Positions 44,259 to 54,045 of a stretch of 64,000 bases of DNA are shown one piece after another (position 1 is the first letter of the stretch; each line of letters begins with the position of its first letter). A program made the translations under genes and the position numbers. Location: positions 82,545-146,544 of the forward strand of contig CAVWED010000008.1 of assembly GCA_963753985.1 (NCBI GenBank). Direction: 5' to 3'. The notes under the pieces were generated by a model. The model searched no databases, was not told the origin of the DNA, and saw only the letters and a program-made list of their open reading frames with translations. The DNA comes from an uncultured Chloroflexia bacterium. GTDB lineage: Bacteria > Chloroflexota > Anaerolineae > Anaerolineales > Villigracilaceae.

Positions 44259-45679
44259 GTCAGCCAAGGGTAGAGCGGCATAGAATGGCTTCAAAGAATC
44301 CCAAGAGTGGCTTAGCCAAGCGGCTCTGGCTTTAGCGGTTGCGATGACACCGGGCAGGGTCCAACGTGCGCCGGAACGTTTGAGACGCACTGCGGCAATT
44401 TGTTTGCAAGCGCTTTCGATGGTACCACTGTCAATCAGGTAACCGCATTATCGAAAGCGTGCATAGTCCATACGTTTCTCATTATGATCATAATAGGTGA
44501 CTGCTTTTTCGATGAAGGGCCGCGCAGAAACATGGGATAGCAAACTACGACAGGATTGGATGACATCCTGAATGCGTCCTTTCCAAAGTTCGGTGCGAGC
44601 TTGGTTTAGCCATTCGTGAGCTTGCGGAGTGTTGGCTCCGAAGGCGGCTTCCGCAATGGCGGTGAGATATTCGCTGGCGTGAAACCAATGGTAGGAAGCG
44701 CACCTACCACTTTCCACGATCTGAACCGCATTCGGAAAATACTTTTGCGCCAGATTCCAAATCCACGCGGCACCGTCCCCCAGAAAGACGATTTCTTCGT
44801 AGGCGTCCACTTGATGGTGGATGCCAGTGGCCCACAGCAGTTTTCCAAATTGTTCGGCTTCCTGGATGTCGCAATAGTATTTCATATTTCTGGCTTGCAG
44901 GTGGCGTTGCTCTCCGATGCGCGCCCCGTGGTGGTTCGGTATCGCAGAACCATGATGATTTTGGGCTCGAGAAGGGTGAATCGCCTCCACTTCATACCAA
45001 CAGAGGGTCTTCGACTGAAAGTCGCAGTCATTTCGCAGCTCCTGCCATTCCCCGTGCAAAGGAACATGTACGCCATCCAGCGAAGCGTAAACCCGCCCCG
45101 CACGCTTTCCCAAACTCTGCTCCCGTACCTCCAAGCGTTTCACATCGTCCGCAGTTTGCTTCCATTCTTGTTCTATTTGAGCTTGCGCCTGTCCATAGCC
45201 TTCCGTATGTTTGCGCACGGTATTGTCGCTCACCTAGAATAAGAGCAACCGCTCCGCCAACTGACTGGCCTCTTCAAACGATGTCTCCACGCCCAAGATC
45301 CCCAGCAAACTCGTCAGTCCCGGCGTGCTCTGCCTAGGCACCAATCTCAATCGCTCGTCCAGAGGCGACTGCCCCGATGACAATGCGGACACCAATAATA
45401 TCTCCGCCGGTAAGTCACTTTTCCAAACACACTCCACACCATCCCTTCTCGCTTTCCCCACGGCTCTGCCTCCTGCCCACACGAACAGGCAATCGGAACA
45501 GGGTATTTTTCTTTCCTCCCTTCAATCACTTTCTGCAGACCGATCCCTGAAGCTTCTTTCGCCAATGCTCTCATCGTTTGTTCAATCTCACCGATCTGCA
45601 CTCTCTCCTCCATTTTCTCTCGCACCTCTTGCGCCATTAATTCTGCTATCTTTGTCTTCATTCCTATGCTAAACTCCAT
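44256..45679 (-). pseudogene. ISKra4-family transposase (one frameshift, in-frame TAG and TAA, possible 24-nt insertion)
   Basis: CSCG...CPHCHRG / SPLDERLRL...ERLLLF*VSDNTVRKHTE...GDGAAWIWNL...QIV[ESGRCASYH]WFHASEYL...YARFR*CGYLIDSGTIESACK... Confidence 0.7.
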
Positions 45680-45846
45680 CCTGAGCCTCCGCTGTATCTT
45701 TGGTCTACGACAAGCCCAAAGCCTACCGCAGAGGCTCTTTTTTGAAAACCCACTAACATACTTTTAGCGCACCCGTGAAACATCCTTGCTTGACAATACC
45801 TCTCTCGTCTAGTAAAATCACGGACGCCTTAACAACAGAATATCTG

Positions 45847-45919
45847 GCCGAGATAGCTCAGTTGGTAGAGCACGCGACTGAAAATCGCGGTGTCCACAGT
45901 TCGATTCTGTGTCTCGGCA
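45847..45919 (+). tRNA. tRNA-Phe (GAA)
   Basis: Hand-folded. GCCGAGA/TCTCGGC acceptor, GCTC-AGTTGGTA-GAGC, CGCGA-CTGAAAA-TCGCG, CACAG-TTCGATT-CTGTG. Confidence 0.9.
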
Positions 45920-45945
45920 CACTCGGTCAGGAAGAAAGACCGAAT

Positions 45946-46017
45946 GCGGGCGTAGTACAGCGGTAGTACGTCTCCTTGCCAAGGAGAAGGTCGTGGGTTC
46001 GAATCCCATCGCCCGCT
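45946..46017 (+). tRNA. tRNA-Gly (GCC)
   Basis: GCGGGCG/CGCCCGC acceptor, anticodon arm TCTCC-TTGCCAA-GGAGA, T loop TTCGAAT. Confidence 0.9.
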
Positions 46018-46021
46018 CTGG

Positions 46022-46053
46022 ATGAGGATTGCCAACCAGCAATCCTCATTTTA
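46022..46053 (+). terminator. intrinsic terminator after tRNA-Gly
   Basis: ATGAGGATTGC-caacca-GCAATCCTCAT followed by TTTT. Confidence 0.75.
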
Positions 46054-46069
46054 TAATATAGACGAACAT

Positions 46070-46140
46070 GGCGTCGTGGCCAAGTGGTAAGGCAAGGGTC
46101 TGCAAAACCCTCATCAGGGGTCCGAATCCCCTCGACGCCT
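46070..46140 (+). tRNA. tRNA-Cys (GCA)
   Basis: GGCGTCG/CGACGCC acceptor, anticodon arm AGGGT-CTGCAAA-ACCCT, T arm AGGGG-TCCGAAT-CCCCT. Confidence 0.9.
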
Positions 46141-46324
46141 CTCTATGATTGATGATTGTGGATTTTTCGATTGCAGATTGCGCCTCGCGGCGCATTTTGT
46201 TTTTATAAACAAACACGAAGGACTCAAAGTACACAAGGAAATTATTTTTTCTTCGTGGCCTCACCTGCACTTGTATGCAGGTGCAAGTGCAATGTCCTTT
46301 GTGTAAAAAAGATTCACCTGTTTC

Positions 46325-47536
46325 TCACTTAACGCGCACAAACTTGCGCTTGCCCGCTTGCAAAACTCCTGCATGTGGAAACGGAACATCGCCATGCTCC
46401 AATGTTTCACCGTCGAGACGAACGCCTTTTTGTTCGATCAATCTTCTCGCTTCGCTCTTGCTGGATGCCAACTTGGCACCCAATAAAACGTCCACTATTG
46501 TTGCATCACTTGGTAGGTTAAACTCTGGCATTTCCTCAGGTGCTTCCCGTTCCTGAAACACGCGTTTGAATTGTCCTTCCGCTTCTTCCGCCGCGGACTT
46601 TCCATAAAAGATCTCGACGATCTCACGCGCCAATTCCATCTTCACATCGCGCGGATGACGTGAATTGTTTTTCAAGGCGGCCTCAACTTCCCGAATCTGA
46701 GCCGGTGTGTAACGAGTCGCAAGCTTGAAGTAAATCGGCATTACATTATCAGGGAGGCTCATCACTTTGCCATACATATCTTCGGGCGTGGCGTGAATCG
46801 GAATGTGATTACCCAACGACTTGGACATGCGTACCACACCGTCCGTGCCAGGCAAGATGCTCACCAGGATTCCGATCTGAGGCCGTTGACCGTATAGCTC
46901 CTGCAATTTTCGTCCGGCGGTGATGATATTGAATAACTGATCACTGCCACCCACTTGCACATCGGTGTTCATGGCGACGGCATCATAACCTTGCATCAAA
47001 GCATAGAAAGTTTCGTGCAAATACACCGGATCGCCTTTTTCCCAACGCAGTTTAAAGTTTTCGCGCGAGATAAATTGTTGAATGGTAAAGGCTGAACCGA
47101 GCTTAATCATATCGGCAAGTTTCAAATCCAACAACCATTCATGATTGAAGCGTATCTTCGTTTTCTCACGATCCAGAATTGCGAAGGCCTGCTCGGCATA
47201 GGTGCGAGCATTATGTTCGGTCTCTTCTTTCGATAACACCGCACGCAGCTTATCTTTATCCGACGGATCACCAACCATACTGGTTCCTGTCCCGATCAAG
47301 AAAGTCACGTCATGTCCCAAATCCTGGAACTGACGTAGTTTGCGCATCGTGATCGTATGCCCTAAATGCAAATCGGATGTGCGCGGATCGTAACCGCAAT
47401 AGACACGGAGAGACCGTCCTTCTTTTTGTGCTTCGATCAAACGAGCCCGCAACTCAGCGGTCATGGCTTTCTTTAAATCTTCATCGCCATAATCTGTGCC
47501 TTGCATCAAAAGTTCCACCTGCTCATCTATATTCAT
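46325..47536 (-). CDS. tyrS: tyrosine--tRNA ligase
   Basis: HIGH-type DLHLGH, KMSKS-type RMSKSLGN, C-terminal S4 domain. Start MNIDEQ preceded by GAGGAGG. Confidence 0.9.
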   Translation of the reverse strand: MNIDEQVELLMQGTDYGDEDLKKAMTAELRARLIEAQKEGRSLRVYCGYDPRTSDLHLGHTITMRKLRQFQDLGHDVTFLIGTGTSMVGDPSDKDKLRAVLSKEETEHNARTYAEQAFAILDREKTKIRFNHEWLLDLKLADMIKLGSAFTIQQFISRENFKLRWEKGDPVYLHETFYALMQGYDAVAMNTDVQVGGSDQLFNIITAGRKLQELYGQRPQIGILVSILPGTDGVVRMSKSLGNHIPIHATPEDMYGKVMSLPDNVMPIYFKLATRYTPAQIREVEAALKNNSRHPRDVKMELAREIVEIFYGKSAAEEAEGQFKRVFQEREAPEEMPEFNLPSDATIVDVLLGAKLASSKSEARRLIEQKGVRLDGETLEHGDVPFPHAGVLQAGKRKFVRVK

Positions 47537-47552
47537 TGAAGCCTCCTCAAGA

Positions 47553-47582
47553 TAAAACAAAAACGCGCCCGCAAGGGCGCGC
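47553..47582 (-). terminator. intrinsic terminator of the lipoprotein gene
   Basis: Minus strand GCGCGCCC-ttgc-GGGCGCG followed by TTTTTGTTTT. Confidence 0.75.
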
Positions 47583-47666
47583 AAATATTCCCTCGCACTG
47601 CTCTATGCGCGGGAATAATAATATCTAAAGATCAAAATCGAATTCATCGCCGTCATTATACCAAAC

Positions 47667-48329
47667 TTATTGACCGAGATTAACCGCAAACGACCACGGG
47701 CCTTTGACTGTATAGAATTCGTCGCTGTAGACGATTTTCTCCGCGTCCGCCTCCGACATCGAAGCGGGTTTGCTGACAATCTGCATGGTCGTCTCCCCAT
47801 TTGCATTCGGCTTGCAATCCAGCGTGATGCCAATCCCGCGTTGGTTGAGTGTTTGCTGGATCTTCGGCATATACAAAGAACAATATTCATCCTGAGTCGG
47901 GTAGGCACCGATGGATTCAATCACAAGCGAGGCGGAAGTCAAATCCGCATCTGGGGGAACGTAAAAGCTGATCCGGTCGCAGCGTTGCCCCGGCTGTCCA
48001 TTCGATGGGTTCTGCGTGCTCGACAACGATGCGCTGAAGTCCGTGATGGATTGGCCGCTGTAATCGAAGTGAGCGCTCCAAATCGTCCAATTGGCTTGAT
48101 CCGGTAATCCAAAACAAACGTCCGCGTAGACCGTTTTGCCATCGCGCCAGGTACGTTGAAGACTGACATTAAATCCGCCCATGCTTTGAGTGGAAGCAGG
48201 CTGCGAGGCTTGAACCGTTGGATACGAAACGGCATCAACGGTTGGAAGGACCGCTGTGGGCGATTGATTCGCTCCGCAAGCAGAAATCATCATTGCGAGA
48301 AAAATCAGAATTGGAATTAACTTTTTCAT
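47667..48329 (-). CDS. lipoprotein, unknown function
   Basis: MKKLIPILIFLAMMISAC lipobox. Internal start preferred. Confidence 0.65.
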   Translation of the reverse strand: MKKLIPILIFLAMMISACGANQSPTAVLPTVDAVSYPTVQASQPASTQSMGGFNVSLQRTWRDGKTVYADVCFGLPDQANWTIWSAHFDYSGQSITDFSASLSSTQNPSNGQPGQRCDRISFYVPPDADLTSASLVIESIGAYPTQDEYCSLYMPKIQQTLNQRGIGITLDCKPNANGETTMQIVSKPASMSEADAEKIVYSDEFYTVKGPWSFAVNLGQ

Positions 48330-48489
48330 TTGAAATCTCCTATAAAACAAATTGGAACCCATAACAAAGAATCAACCAGCGCCGCCTGGGTCATGTCTTC
48401 ATCAAATCGCCTTCAGCCGCATGACTATTTCATGCCAGTTTACCAATTCACTTAAGAAGCAGTATAATCATGAACATTGCTGATGTCTT

Positions 48490-48993
48490 ATGCAAGAGCC
48501 TGTCTTAGTGCTCAACGCAAACTTTGAACCGATCAATGTTTGCACAACGCGACGAGCCATCGGATTGATGCTGGGGGGCAAAGCTGCGATGGTGGCAAAC
48601 GGCCGCGGGTATATCCGAACAGTCAAAGAATTGATTCCACGGCCTTCAGTCATTCGCTTGGATGTGCAAATTCATCGGCCGCGCCCGCGTATCAAGCTCA
48701 CGCGCCGCGAAGTCTTTCGCCGTGACAATTATACCTGTCAGTACTGCGGTCGGCGCGATCGAGGCTTGACTGTCGATCATGTAATCCCCAGACATCTAGG
48801 CGGTCCGCATACCTGGACGAATGTTGTGGCGGCCTGCCCTTCTTGCAACCACCACAAAGGCGGACGTCGACTCGAAGAAGCACATATGAGTCTTTTCCAC
48901 GCTCCAAAAGAACCCCCGGCCAATGCCGCCTACATCTTCGGACGGCATCTGGCCGAAAACGAAGAGTGGGCACAGTATATCAAAGGGTGGTAA
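48490..48993 (+). CDS. HNH endonuclease
   Basis: CQYCGRRDRGLTVDHVIPRHLGGPHTWTNVVAACPSCNHHKGGR. Confidence 0.85.
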   Translation: MQEPVLVLNANFEPINVCTTRRAIGLMLGGKAAMVANGRGYIRTVKELIPRPSVIRLDVQIHRPRPRIKLTRREVFRRDNYTCQYCGRRDRGLTVDHVIPRHLGGPHTWTNVVAACPSCNHHKGGRRLEEAHMSLFHAPKEPPANAAYIFGRHLAENEEWAQYIKGW

Positions 48994-49062
48994 CCCAAGC
49001 ACTACCAACGAAACGGCGCGCACATCCGCGCCGTTTGTCGTTTGGTATGCAAAATACAAAAA

Positions 49063-49821
49063 TCAACTGAAATCCAATACCATAAAATCTTTAGCCAGCG
49101 CGACTTCGCCTTGATAACGTTGATGCGCTTCGGCAATCAGATCGCCACTCGCATATTTGCCTGTCGGATAATGGATCAAATACAATTTCCCCACCTCGGC
49201 CTGACTGGCCACCTCTCCGGCCTGCGCCGCGGATGAATGTCCACGCGAAGCACCCGCTGATTCGTGAATCAAAATGTCCGCGCCTGCGGCGAGGCGAATG
49301 ACTTGCGCACAGGGCTCGGTGTCACAGGAATAGGCCATGGTTTTATTGGTGTGATTGAATTCAAAACGGAGTCCGATCGTTGGCATAAAATGATGAACGG
49401 GAGAAGAAAAGATTCGGAAATCAGATGAATCGATGATCGGGGTCATCTCCTGCATTGGCAGACGATAAAACGCAACGGGGAAAAAATCGGGCCATTCTGC
49501 CCAACCATAAAATCCCATCAAATTTTCCACACGGTCGAGCGTATGGTGCAAGCCATAGATATTGATCGGCTTGCGACGGCCCATCAGCCACATGTCCATG
49601 AGCAGAAGCGGCAAACCGGAAACGTGGTCGGGGTGAAAATGCGTCACGATCAAATCTGTTAAATCGTTGAAGTCCAAGCCGGCTTTTTCCAACCGCAGAA
49701 TGGGATTGCTGACGCAATCCACCATCACCATGCGTTCCTCACCAACGACAACCATATGGGTATTTTCATGGTCGGTGGTTGGGATGGCATTGGATGAACC
49801 GAGGATGATGACTTTGGGCAT
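49063..49821 (-). CDS. MBL-fold metallo-hydrolase (RNase Z-like)
   Basis: LIVTHFHPDHVSGLP...HES... Confidence 0.8.
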   Translation of the reverse strand: MPKVIILGSSNAIPTTDHENTHMVVVGEERMVMVDCVSNPILRLEKAGLDFNDLTDLIVTHFHPDHVSGLPLLLMDMWLMGRRKPINIYGLHHTLDRVENLMGFYGWAEWPDFFPVAFYRLPMQEMTPIIDSSDFRIFSSPVHHFMPTIGLRFEFNHTNKTMAYSCDTEPCAQVIRLAAGADILIHESAGASRGHSSAAQAGEVASQAEVGKLYLIHYPTGKYASGDLIAEAHQRYQGEVALAKDFMVLDFS

Positions 49822-49834
49822 AAGGCACCTATTA

Positions 49835-51265
49835 TTATTTAAGCACAGAAGCTAGAATCATCGGTGTGACATAAGCCTCAATCACCGCCGCGACCGCCAG
49901 CAACGGAATCACCAAACCTATAAAGACTTTGGCCCAATCAGCCAATAACTCAAGCGCCATCTGCCCCATAGATTTTCCCAATTGCGGTGTAACCAGCACC
50001 GCACCGATCCGCAAAACAATCGCGCTGGAAATCATCAGCGCCGGGATTTCAAAGATGCCGTGGGGAAGCAAACCAGCCACAAATATCAAAGTGGGAGAAT
50101 ATCCGATCAACTTAACAATCCCTAGCACGCCACCCACCAGACCGACATTCAACAGAAAAGCCAGCACGCCCAGCACGCTAAAAGAAATGATCCCGCCTAT
50201 AAAGACCAGGAGAGTGGCGCGTACATTGTTTGCAAAAATAAACAGCGCCGATAAATGCTTGCCCGCTTGTGCAATGCCAGCCGATTGACCGGCATTTTTC
50301 ACGATCTCGGATATATCTTTGGTAGTTGCATACGGCAACATTCTCGGAACATTGACGGCTGCCCATTGATAACTCGCCAGATAGCCCACCAATGCCATGA
50401 CGGCAATGAGTACCAAGGGAACGACCAACCGCCGCATCGCTCGGCCAATCTCCAAGCGGTACCAGCTTCCCAATGTCTTTGCTTCACCCCTGAATGCGTT
50501 CCAAAAAGTTTTCACTATCCAACGGAGATTCAGGGTGTCGAATTCGCGTCCCAATAAATATTCACGCTGAAAATGCGCGAGGCCCACGCGGATGAGCAGC
50601 GACGCCATCACGATCACAGCGACAACGGCCAGCCATAAAACCTGATCATTGCCCCAAAACAATAATGCACTCTCGCCCTGCATTAAAATCGCAACAGGCA
50701 CCACGATGAACGAAGCCAGCAGATTCGCTGCCCGCACCGTTGTGGATTGCACTGAAATCACCATGGCCGCACTGACCATCAGAATTGCATGGGCGGTTGT
50801 CAACATGAATAACTGTACGAAGACATACGCATCAGGCATGTGAAGATGCTGGCGGGAAACAATGATCACATAAAAAATAATGGAGGTATAGCCTGCGGCG
50901 AGGGGCGTAAAGATCCCGACCAAAAGTTTTCCAAAATAGAGATGCCTGTTTTCCAAAGGTGAACTTAGTAAAGGTTCGATGGTGCCGCGCTCTTTTTCGC
51001 CCACAAAAGATTCCAGCGCGACTACCAGAGAGATCGTGATCGGGAAGAATCCAATGATCAATATGGAAAACGGGACCAGCCGATCCACAATCAAATTCGC
51101 ACCGTATTGATTGACATACGCGACTGCCTCTTTCGCCACTAAATTCATCAACAAAGGAAATGCCAGCGTTAATATAATCAGCGGAGTCAGAATACGCCAA
51201 TCGCGAAATTGATCGCGCAGCTCGCGGCGCGCCACCAGCCAAATCATATGCAGATCGTCACGCAT
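49835..51265 (-). CDS. ABC-2-type permease fused to a second multi-TM (SpoIIM-like) domain
   Basis: About 10 TM helices. 8-nt overlap with the upstream ATPase gene. Confidence 0.65.
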   Translation of the reverse strand: MRDDLHMIWLVARRELRDQFRDWRILTPLIILTLAFPLLMNLVAKEAVAYVNQYGANLIVDRLVPFSILIIGFFPITISLVVALESFVGEKERGTIEPLLSSPLENRHLYFGKLLVGIFTPLAAGYTSIIFYVIIVSRQHLHMPDAYVFVQLFMLTTAHAILMVSAAMVISVQSTTVRAANLLASFIVVPVAILMQGESALLFWGNDQVLWLAVVAVIVMASLLIRVGLAHFQREYLLGREFDTLNLRWIVKTFWNAFRGEAKTLGSWYRLEIGRAMRRLVVPLVLIAVMALVGYLASYQWAAVNVPRMLPYATTKDISEIVKNAGQSAGIAQAGKHLSALFIFANNVRATLLVFIGGIISFSVLGVLAFLLNVGLVGGVLGIVKLIGYSPTLIFVAGLLPHGIFEIPALMISSAIVLRIGAVLVTPQLGKSMGQMALELLADWAKVFIGLVIPLLAVAAVIEAYVTPMILASVLK

Positions 51266-52202
51266 CGACGGCCTCCCCGTGCTCGGCCTGCGCGTCAGTC
51301 ATCACTCTGAGATAAACCTGCTCCAGACTGCGCGGCACTTCCTGAAAAGCCATCAAAGGCGCATGCTTTGACACCAGTTCATTCAGGAGGGGCGGATTCG
51401 TTTCAAGAGGGCGCTCCACCTGAAATCGCAGTGAAGATGCGCTTTGTGCGACCAGCGTCACACCGGACGGCAGATTCAATTTTTCTTCCTTCCAATTCGA
51501 TGAAAGCCGCGCTTCATATTCGGGAGTGCCCAGCACGTTTTGTTTTAATTCATCCAACGTGCCGATCATCAAAATCCGTCCCTTGTAAATGATGCCAATC
51601 ATATCCGCCAATGTCTCGGCTTCGTACAAGTTATGCGTGCAAATTACAATGGTACGTTGCGAAGATTTCAAACGCGCAATCTCGTCACGCACCAGCCGCG
51701 CGGATTCAGGATCCATGGCAGAGGTCGGTTCATCAAGCAAAAGGACCGGCGGTTCATGCATCAAGGCGCGCGCCAATGCCAGCTTTTGCCGCATGCCTTT
51801 GGAATATTCGCCGATGCGGCGCGAAGATGCGATTGCCAAACCGAAATAATCAAGCAGGTAATCGCGCCGCGATTTTCGCATTTGGGAATCGAGACGATAC
51901 ACTTGACCGAAAAATTCGAGATATTCATCGCCGGTCATGCGCATGTACAAGCCATGTTGCTCGGTCAGTACGCCGACTGAGGCGCTTACCTTGGCGCCAT
52001 CTTTTACAACATCATAGCCTGCGACGCGTGCCCAGCCACGCGTTGGCATCAGCAGGGAATTTAACATGCGAACTGTGGTGGTCTTACCTGCGCCGTTTTG
52101 CCCAAGCAGGGCCAAGATTTGTCCCGGTTTGACAGAAAGCGTCACACCATCCACCGCCCAAAAATCATTGAATTGCTTGCTTAAATCATTTGTTTCAATC
52201 AT
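51258..52202 (-). CDS. ABC transporter ATP-binding protein
   Basis: Walker A GQNGAGKTT, signature YSKGMRQK, Walker B LLLDEPTSAMD. Confidence 0.9.
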   Translation of the reverse strand: MIETNDLSKQFNDFWAVDGVTLSVKPGQILALLGQNGAGKTTTVRMLNSLLMPTRGWARVAGYDVVKDGAKVSASVGVLTEQHGLYMRMTGDEYLEFFGQVYRLDSQMRKSRRDYLLDYFGLAIASSRRIGEYSKGMRQKLALARALMHEPPVLLLDEPTSAMDPESARLVRDEIARLKSSQRTIVICTHNLYEAETLADMIGIIYKGRILMIGTLDELKQNVLGTPEYEARLSSNWKEEKLNLPSGVTLVAQSASSLRFQVERPLETNPPLLNELVSKHAPLMAFQEVPRSLEQVYLRVMTDAQAEHGEAVDA

Positions 52203-52287
52203 TATTCACCCAGCATAAAAGAAATGGAGGACAGTGTCAATAAGACAACAGTCCTCCAAAGAATTCTACAGCAAAGATCCAGCGTCC

Positions 52288-53358
52288 CTATTTCTTAGCC
52301 TTGGATGAAGCAGCAGGAGATTTTCTACGAGGCGTGGAAGCGGAACGCGAGGTTGATTTTTTTGCAGCTGGCTTGGACTTTTTAACAGCCGACGACGAAG
52401 AGGATTTTCTAGCAGGCTTTTTCACTTCAACCGGTTCTTCTGCTTCAACAGCCACAAACGACAACTGCGCAGCGCTTCGAACTTCGACCGGCTCAGAAGC
52501 GGTTGGGCGATGCCGCCAGATCAGCGTGACCGCAGCAAGAACGGCCACCACGCCGACCAGAATTTGATTCGGATCAATCCCACCGATGAGCGGATAATCG
52601 ACTCGCAAAAACTCAAGGAAGAAGCGAACAGTTGGATAGAAGATCAGATACACGAGGAAAATATCCCCTTGTTTGAGTTTGTTGGAATAACGGCGCGTGA
52701 GCCAGATCAACAAAAACACATTCACCAAGTTCAATAACAACTCATAAAGGAACAGTGGATGAAAGCGCGTCACGTCCAATGGATACTTCGTCAAATCGGT
52801 ATAAGGCGCAACTCGTGCCGCTGCATCAGTGATTTTGATACCCCATGGCAAAGTGGTCGGTGAGCCATATAATTCCTGATTGAAGTAATTTCCCCAGCGT
52901 CCAATCGCCTGACCCAAAGCAAGACCGGGCGCGACAATATCTGTCCATTCCAGGAAGCTGACAACTTTATATTTGCGAACGTACAAATACAACGCAATCA
53001 GGCCGCCGATAATCGTGCCGGGAATTCCCAAGCCACCCTTCCAAATCTCAATCACATCCAGCGGATGGGTCAGATAATAATACGTGGTCAGTCCCGATGC
53101 GGCTGTGGGCGTAAGCACATGCCATAGCCGCGCACCGATCACACCGCCAATGATGAGATAGATCAGCAAGTCCCAAACCATCTCCGGGTCATGACCGCGG
53201 CGCTTTAGCTCAAGCGAAGCAAGCCAGCCACCCGCGACTGCACCGAGCATCAGGATAACACCGTAATAATGTAAAATGAATTCGCCACCAAATAAACAAA
53301 AATGGAGTCCGTCGAATTGGAAAAAATTGAAAGCAAGAGTACCGCAATGAACTAACAT
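52288..53358 (-). CDS. lgt: prolipoprotein diacylglyceryl transferase with Lys/Ser/Ala-rich C-terminal extension
   Basis: HYYGVILMLGAVAGGW...GARLWHV...AIGRWGNYFNQELYG... Confidence 0.85.
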   Translation of the reverse strand: MLVHCGTLAFNFFQFDGLHFCLFGGEFILHYYGVILMLGAVAGGWLASLELKRRGHDPEMVWDLLIYLIIGGVIGARLWHVLTPTAASGLTTYYYLTHPLDVIEIWKGGLGIPGTIIGGLIALYLYVRKYKVVSFLEWTDIVAPGLALGQAIGRWGNYFNQELYGSPTTLPWGIKITDAAARVAPYTDLTKYPLDVTRFHPLFLYELLLNLVNVFLLIWLTRRYSNKLKQGDIFLVYLIFYPTVRFFLEFLRVDYPLIGGIDPNQILVGVVAVLAAVTLIWRHRPTASEPVEVRSAAQLSFVAVEAEEPVEVKKPARKSSSSSAVKKSKPAAKKSTSRSASTPRRKSPAASSKAKK

Positions 53359-53360
53359 CT

Positions 53361-53978
53361 CTATTCTCCTTTATGAAGTTGAGTCCGCATTCTATCATGA
53401 GCCTGAGCGCGCACCACCCAAATCCGTTGAAGCGCCGTGAAGTTGGCAAGGATAGCAATGATCCATACACCGATGACAGGAATATTGAACAATAGCGTTG
53501 GACCCAAAACGAAATAGCGTTCGGCGCGCGTCAGCAAACCTTCCTTTGCGCTGAAGCTCTGCGCCTCGGCGCGTGCCTTGACATATGAAACCAAAACCGA
53601 ACCTGCCGCCGCCGCAAAGGTGACGACCTCGGCAATATCTTGGTGGGTCATTGCAAAATGATAAAGCACCGCGCCGAGAATGATCAATTCTGAGTAGCGA
53701 TCGCTGACCGAATCCACAAACGCACCCCAATCACCGGCTTCACCGCGCAGGCGCGCCATCGTGCCGTCCAACGCGTCAATCGGCCAGACGATCAAAACAA
53801 TCACACCGCCAATGGTGATTTGCCCGCGTGCGATGAAAAATGCCGCCAGCACATTTCCGGCTACGCCGATCAACGTAGCGGAAATGGGCGTCAATCCGAT
53901 TCGGTTCAAGAATCCGGCAACCGGATCTAAAAACCACTTGAAACCTAAACGCAAAAAATCTGTGAAAGTCTTCTTCAA
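53361..53978 (-). CDS. CDP-alcohol phosphatidyltransferase family protein
   Basis: DALDGTMARLRGEAGDWGAFVDSVSDR is the D-x2-DG-x2-AR...D-x3-D motif. Confidence 0.85.
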   Translation of the reverse strand: MKKTFTDFLRLGFKWFLDPVAGFLNRIGLTPISATLIGVAGNVLAAFFIARGQITIGGVIVLIVWPIDALDGTMARLRGEAGDWGAFVDSVSDRYSELIILGAVLYHFAMTHQDIAEVVTFAAAAGSVLVSYVKARAEAQSFSAKEGLLTRAERYFVLGPTLLFNIPVIGVWIIAILANFTALQRIWVVRAQAHDRMRTQLHKGE

Positions 53979-54045
53979 TTAAACCTCGCAGGAAAGCTTT
54001 TCCAATGATACTCGAAATTTATACTGAATTCTCAGACAAAAATAA

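Larger units (their letters stand above)
43369..45775 (-). mobile_element. ISKra4-family IS (carrying a nested IS5)
   Basis: Imperfect terminal inverted repeats CGGGAGCGCTCAAAG (43369-43383) and CTTTTAGCGCACCCG (45761-45775), 13/15 matching. Confidence 0.55.

Noticed and set aside
43417-45242. Long plus-strand ORFs (43417-44259, 44616-45242) opposite the IS5 and ISKra4 transposases
   Set aside because: They are antisense shadows of recognisable transposase genes and have no motifs of their own.
45818-46042. Two minus-strand ORFs across the tRNA cluster
   Set aside because: Both are translations of tRNA-Phe and tRNA-Gly on the opposite strand.
47537-47666. T-box riboswitch leader upstream of tyrS
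   Set aside because: Only about 130 nt separate tyrS from the upstream gene, and no T-box consensus was seen. The GC hairpin plus T-run is best explained as the terminator of the upstream lipoprotein gene.
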